Of a stretch of 64,000 bases of DNA, positions 62,270 to 64,000 are shown one piece after another. How positions within the stretch are numbered: the first letter of the stretch is position 1; the number at the start of each line of letters is the position of its first letter. The notes under the pieces were generated by a model that did not search any database, had not been told where the DNA came from, and was given only the letters and a program-made list of their open reading frames with translations. This stretch comes from Chiloscyllium plagiosum (lineage: Eukaryota), in assembly GCF_004010195.1 (NCBI RefSeq), contig NC_057746.1, positions 2,196,777 through 2,260,776 on the forward strand, in the 5' to 3' direction. Both the position numbers and the translations under genes were made by a program.

Positions 62270-64000
62270 GCAGCTGCATTTTTATTCACTCATAGGAAGT
62301 GGGTTGTCCTGCATTTATTACCTGTCTCTAGTTGCCCTTTTGAAGGTAGTGGTGAGGTACATTCTTGAACCTCCACAGTCCACATGCTATGGGTTGGTCC
62401 ACGATGTGATTTGGGAGTTAATTCCAAGAATTTGACCCAGTAACACTGAAGGAATGGCAATATATTGAGTCAGGATGCTGAGTAGCATGTAAGGGGACTT
62501 GCAGTCAATGGTGTTCCCATGTATCTGCTGTCCTTGTCATTCAAGGTGGAAGTGTTACGTGTTTGGAAGGTGCTGATTGAGGATTATTGGTGAATTTCTG
62601 CAGTGCATCTTGAAGATAGTACCCACTGCTGCGACTGAGCATTGGTGGTGGAGGAAGTGGATGCTTGTGTGTTTAGTCCCAATCAAGTAGGTTACTCTGT
62701 CCTGGATGGTGTCAAGCATCTTAAGTGTTGTTGGAGCTGCACTCATCCAGGCAAGTGTGGAGTATTTCATCACACTCCTGACTTGTGCCTTATAGATGGT
62801 GGACCGGTTTTGAGGAGTCATAAGATGAGTTATTCACCACTGCATTCCTCACCTCCAACCTGCTCTTGTAGATATTGTGGCTATGTGGTGAGTCCAGTTG
62901 AGTTTCCAGTTAATGGTAACCTCAAGGATGCTGATAGTCAGTGGGGAGGTTGGGGGGGAAGCTGGGGAGGGTGGGGGGGGGGGTTGTTCAGTGACAGTAA
63001 CACCATTGAATGTTAAGGTCTGTTGGTTAGATTGTCTCTTATTGAAGATGTTCATTGTCTGGCCTTTGTGTGGTGCAAATGTTACTTGCCACTTGTCAGC
63101 ACAAGCCTGGATAATGTCCAGATCTTGTTGCATTTAAACATGGACTGCTTCAGCGTCTGAGGAGTCATGAATGGGGCAGAACATTAAGCAATCATCAGAG
63201 AAGATTCCCACTTCTGACTTTATGAGAGAGGGAAGGTCATTGATTGAGCAGCTGAAGATGGTTGGGCCTGAGGAACTCCTGCAGAGATGTTCTGGAGCTA
63301 AGATGACAACTACAACCATCTTCCTCTGTGCCAGATATAACTCCAAACAGCAGAGAGTTTGTCCCTGCTTCCCACTGATTCCAGTTTTGTTCGGGCTCCT
63401 TGAAGCCACAATCAGTCAAAAGCAGCCTTGATATCAAGGACTGTCACTCTCACCTCACCTCTGGAATTCAGCTCTTTTGTCCATGGCTGTAATGAGTTCA
63501 GAAGCTGAGCAGCCCTGGTGGTACCCAAACTGGGTGTCACAGAGCAGGTTATTGTTGAGCAAGTGCTGCTTGATAGCACTGTTGATGACACCTTCCATCA
63601 TTTTACTGATGATCGAGAGTAGACAGATAGGGCAGTAATTGCCTGGGTTGGATTTGTCTTACTTTTTTGTAAATTTCACGTACCTGGGAAATTGTTCATA
63701 TTGGGGAGTAGATACCAGTGTTGTAACTATAAAGAAATAGTTTGGTTCTATGTGCAGCAAGTCTTCAGTACTATTGCTGGAATGATGCTGGGATTCATAG
63801 CCTTTGCAGTACCCAGTATCTCCAACCGTTTCTTGATATCATGTGGAGTGAATTGAATTAGCTGAAGACTGGTATCTGTAATGCTGGGGACCACTAGTGG
63901 AAGCTGAGATGGATCATCCACTTGGTACTTCTGGCTGAAGATTGATGCAATTGTTTCATTCTTGTCTTTTGCACTAATGTGCTGGGCTCTTCTATCGTTG
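62270..64000 (-). mobile_element. CR1/L2-related LINE RT and C-terminus
   Basis: GPTIFSCSINDLPS..FSDDC; TIYKAQVRSVMKYSTLAWMSAAPTTLK. Confidence 0.85.

Overview
Vertebrate genomic DNA, almost certainly a shark or other elasmobranch (inferred from HE1/V-SINE-like, Deu-SINE-like and CR1 repeats). It is repeat-rich and has three N-gaps. The window holds a cluster of five paralogous C2H2 zinc-finger genes (15, 9, 12, 14 and 12 intact fingers; four on +, one on -). Each ORF starts at MEE(K/N)xF/V, a remodelled finger linker, and has no recognisable KRAB/SCAN/BTB domain. Each is preceded by a duplicated cassette of micro-exons whose ~390-bp core is near-identical between copies. A CpG-rich candidate bidirectional promoter with two opposed ZNF143-type motifs lies between the divergent pair. 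The strongest hidden signal is a set of about 14 short non-coding insertions from 4-5 families. Most carry a minimal type-I hammerhead ribozyme (CUGANGA-stem II-GAAA-palindromic ACGU/AGCU), usually as asymmetric inverted repeats with 12-15 bp TSDs, as expected for non-autonomous Penelope-like/retrozyme-type elements. Also present: a decayed retrovirus-like element with a tRNA-Asn PBS, a deleted ERV with two LTRs, a Gypsy pol relic joined to the 3' end of three ZNF genes, and two minisatellites. All calls are by eye; no searches were run.
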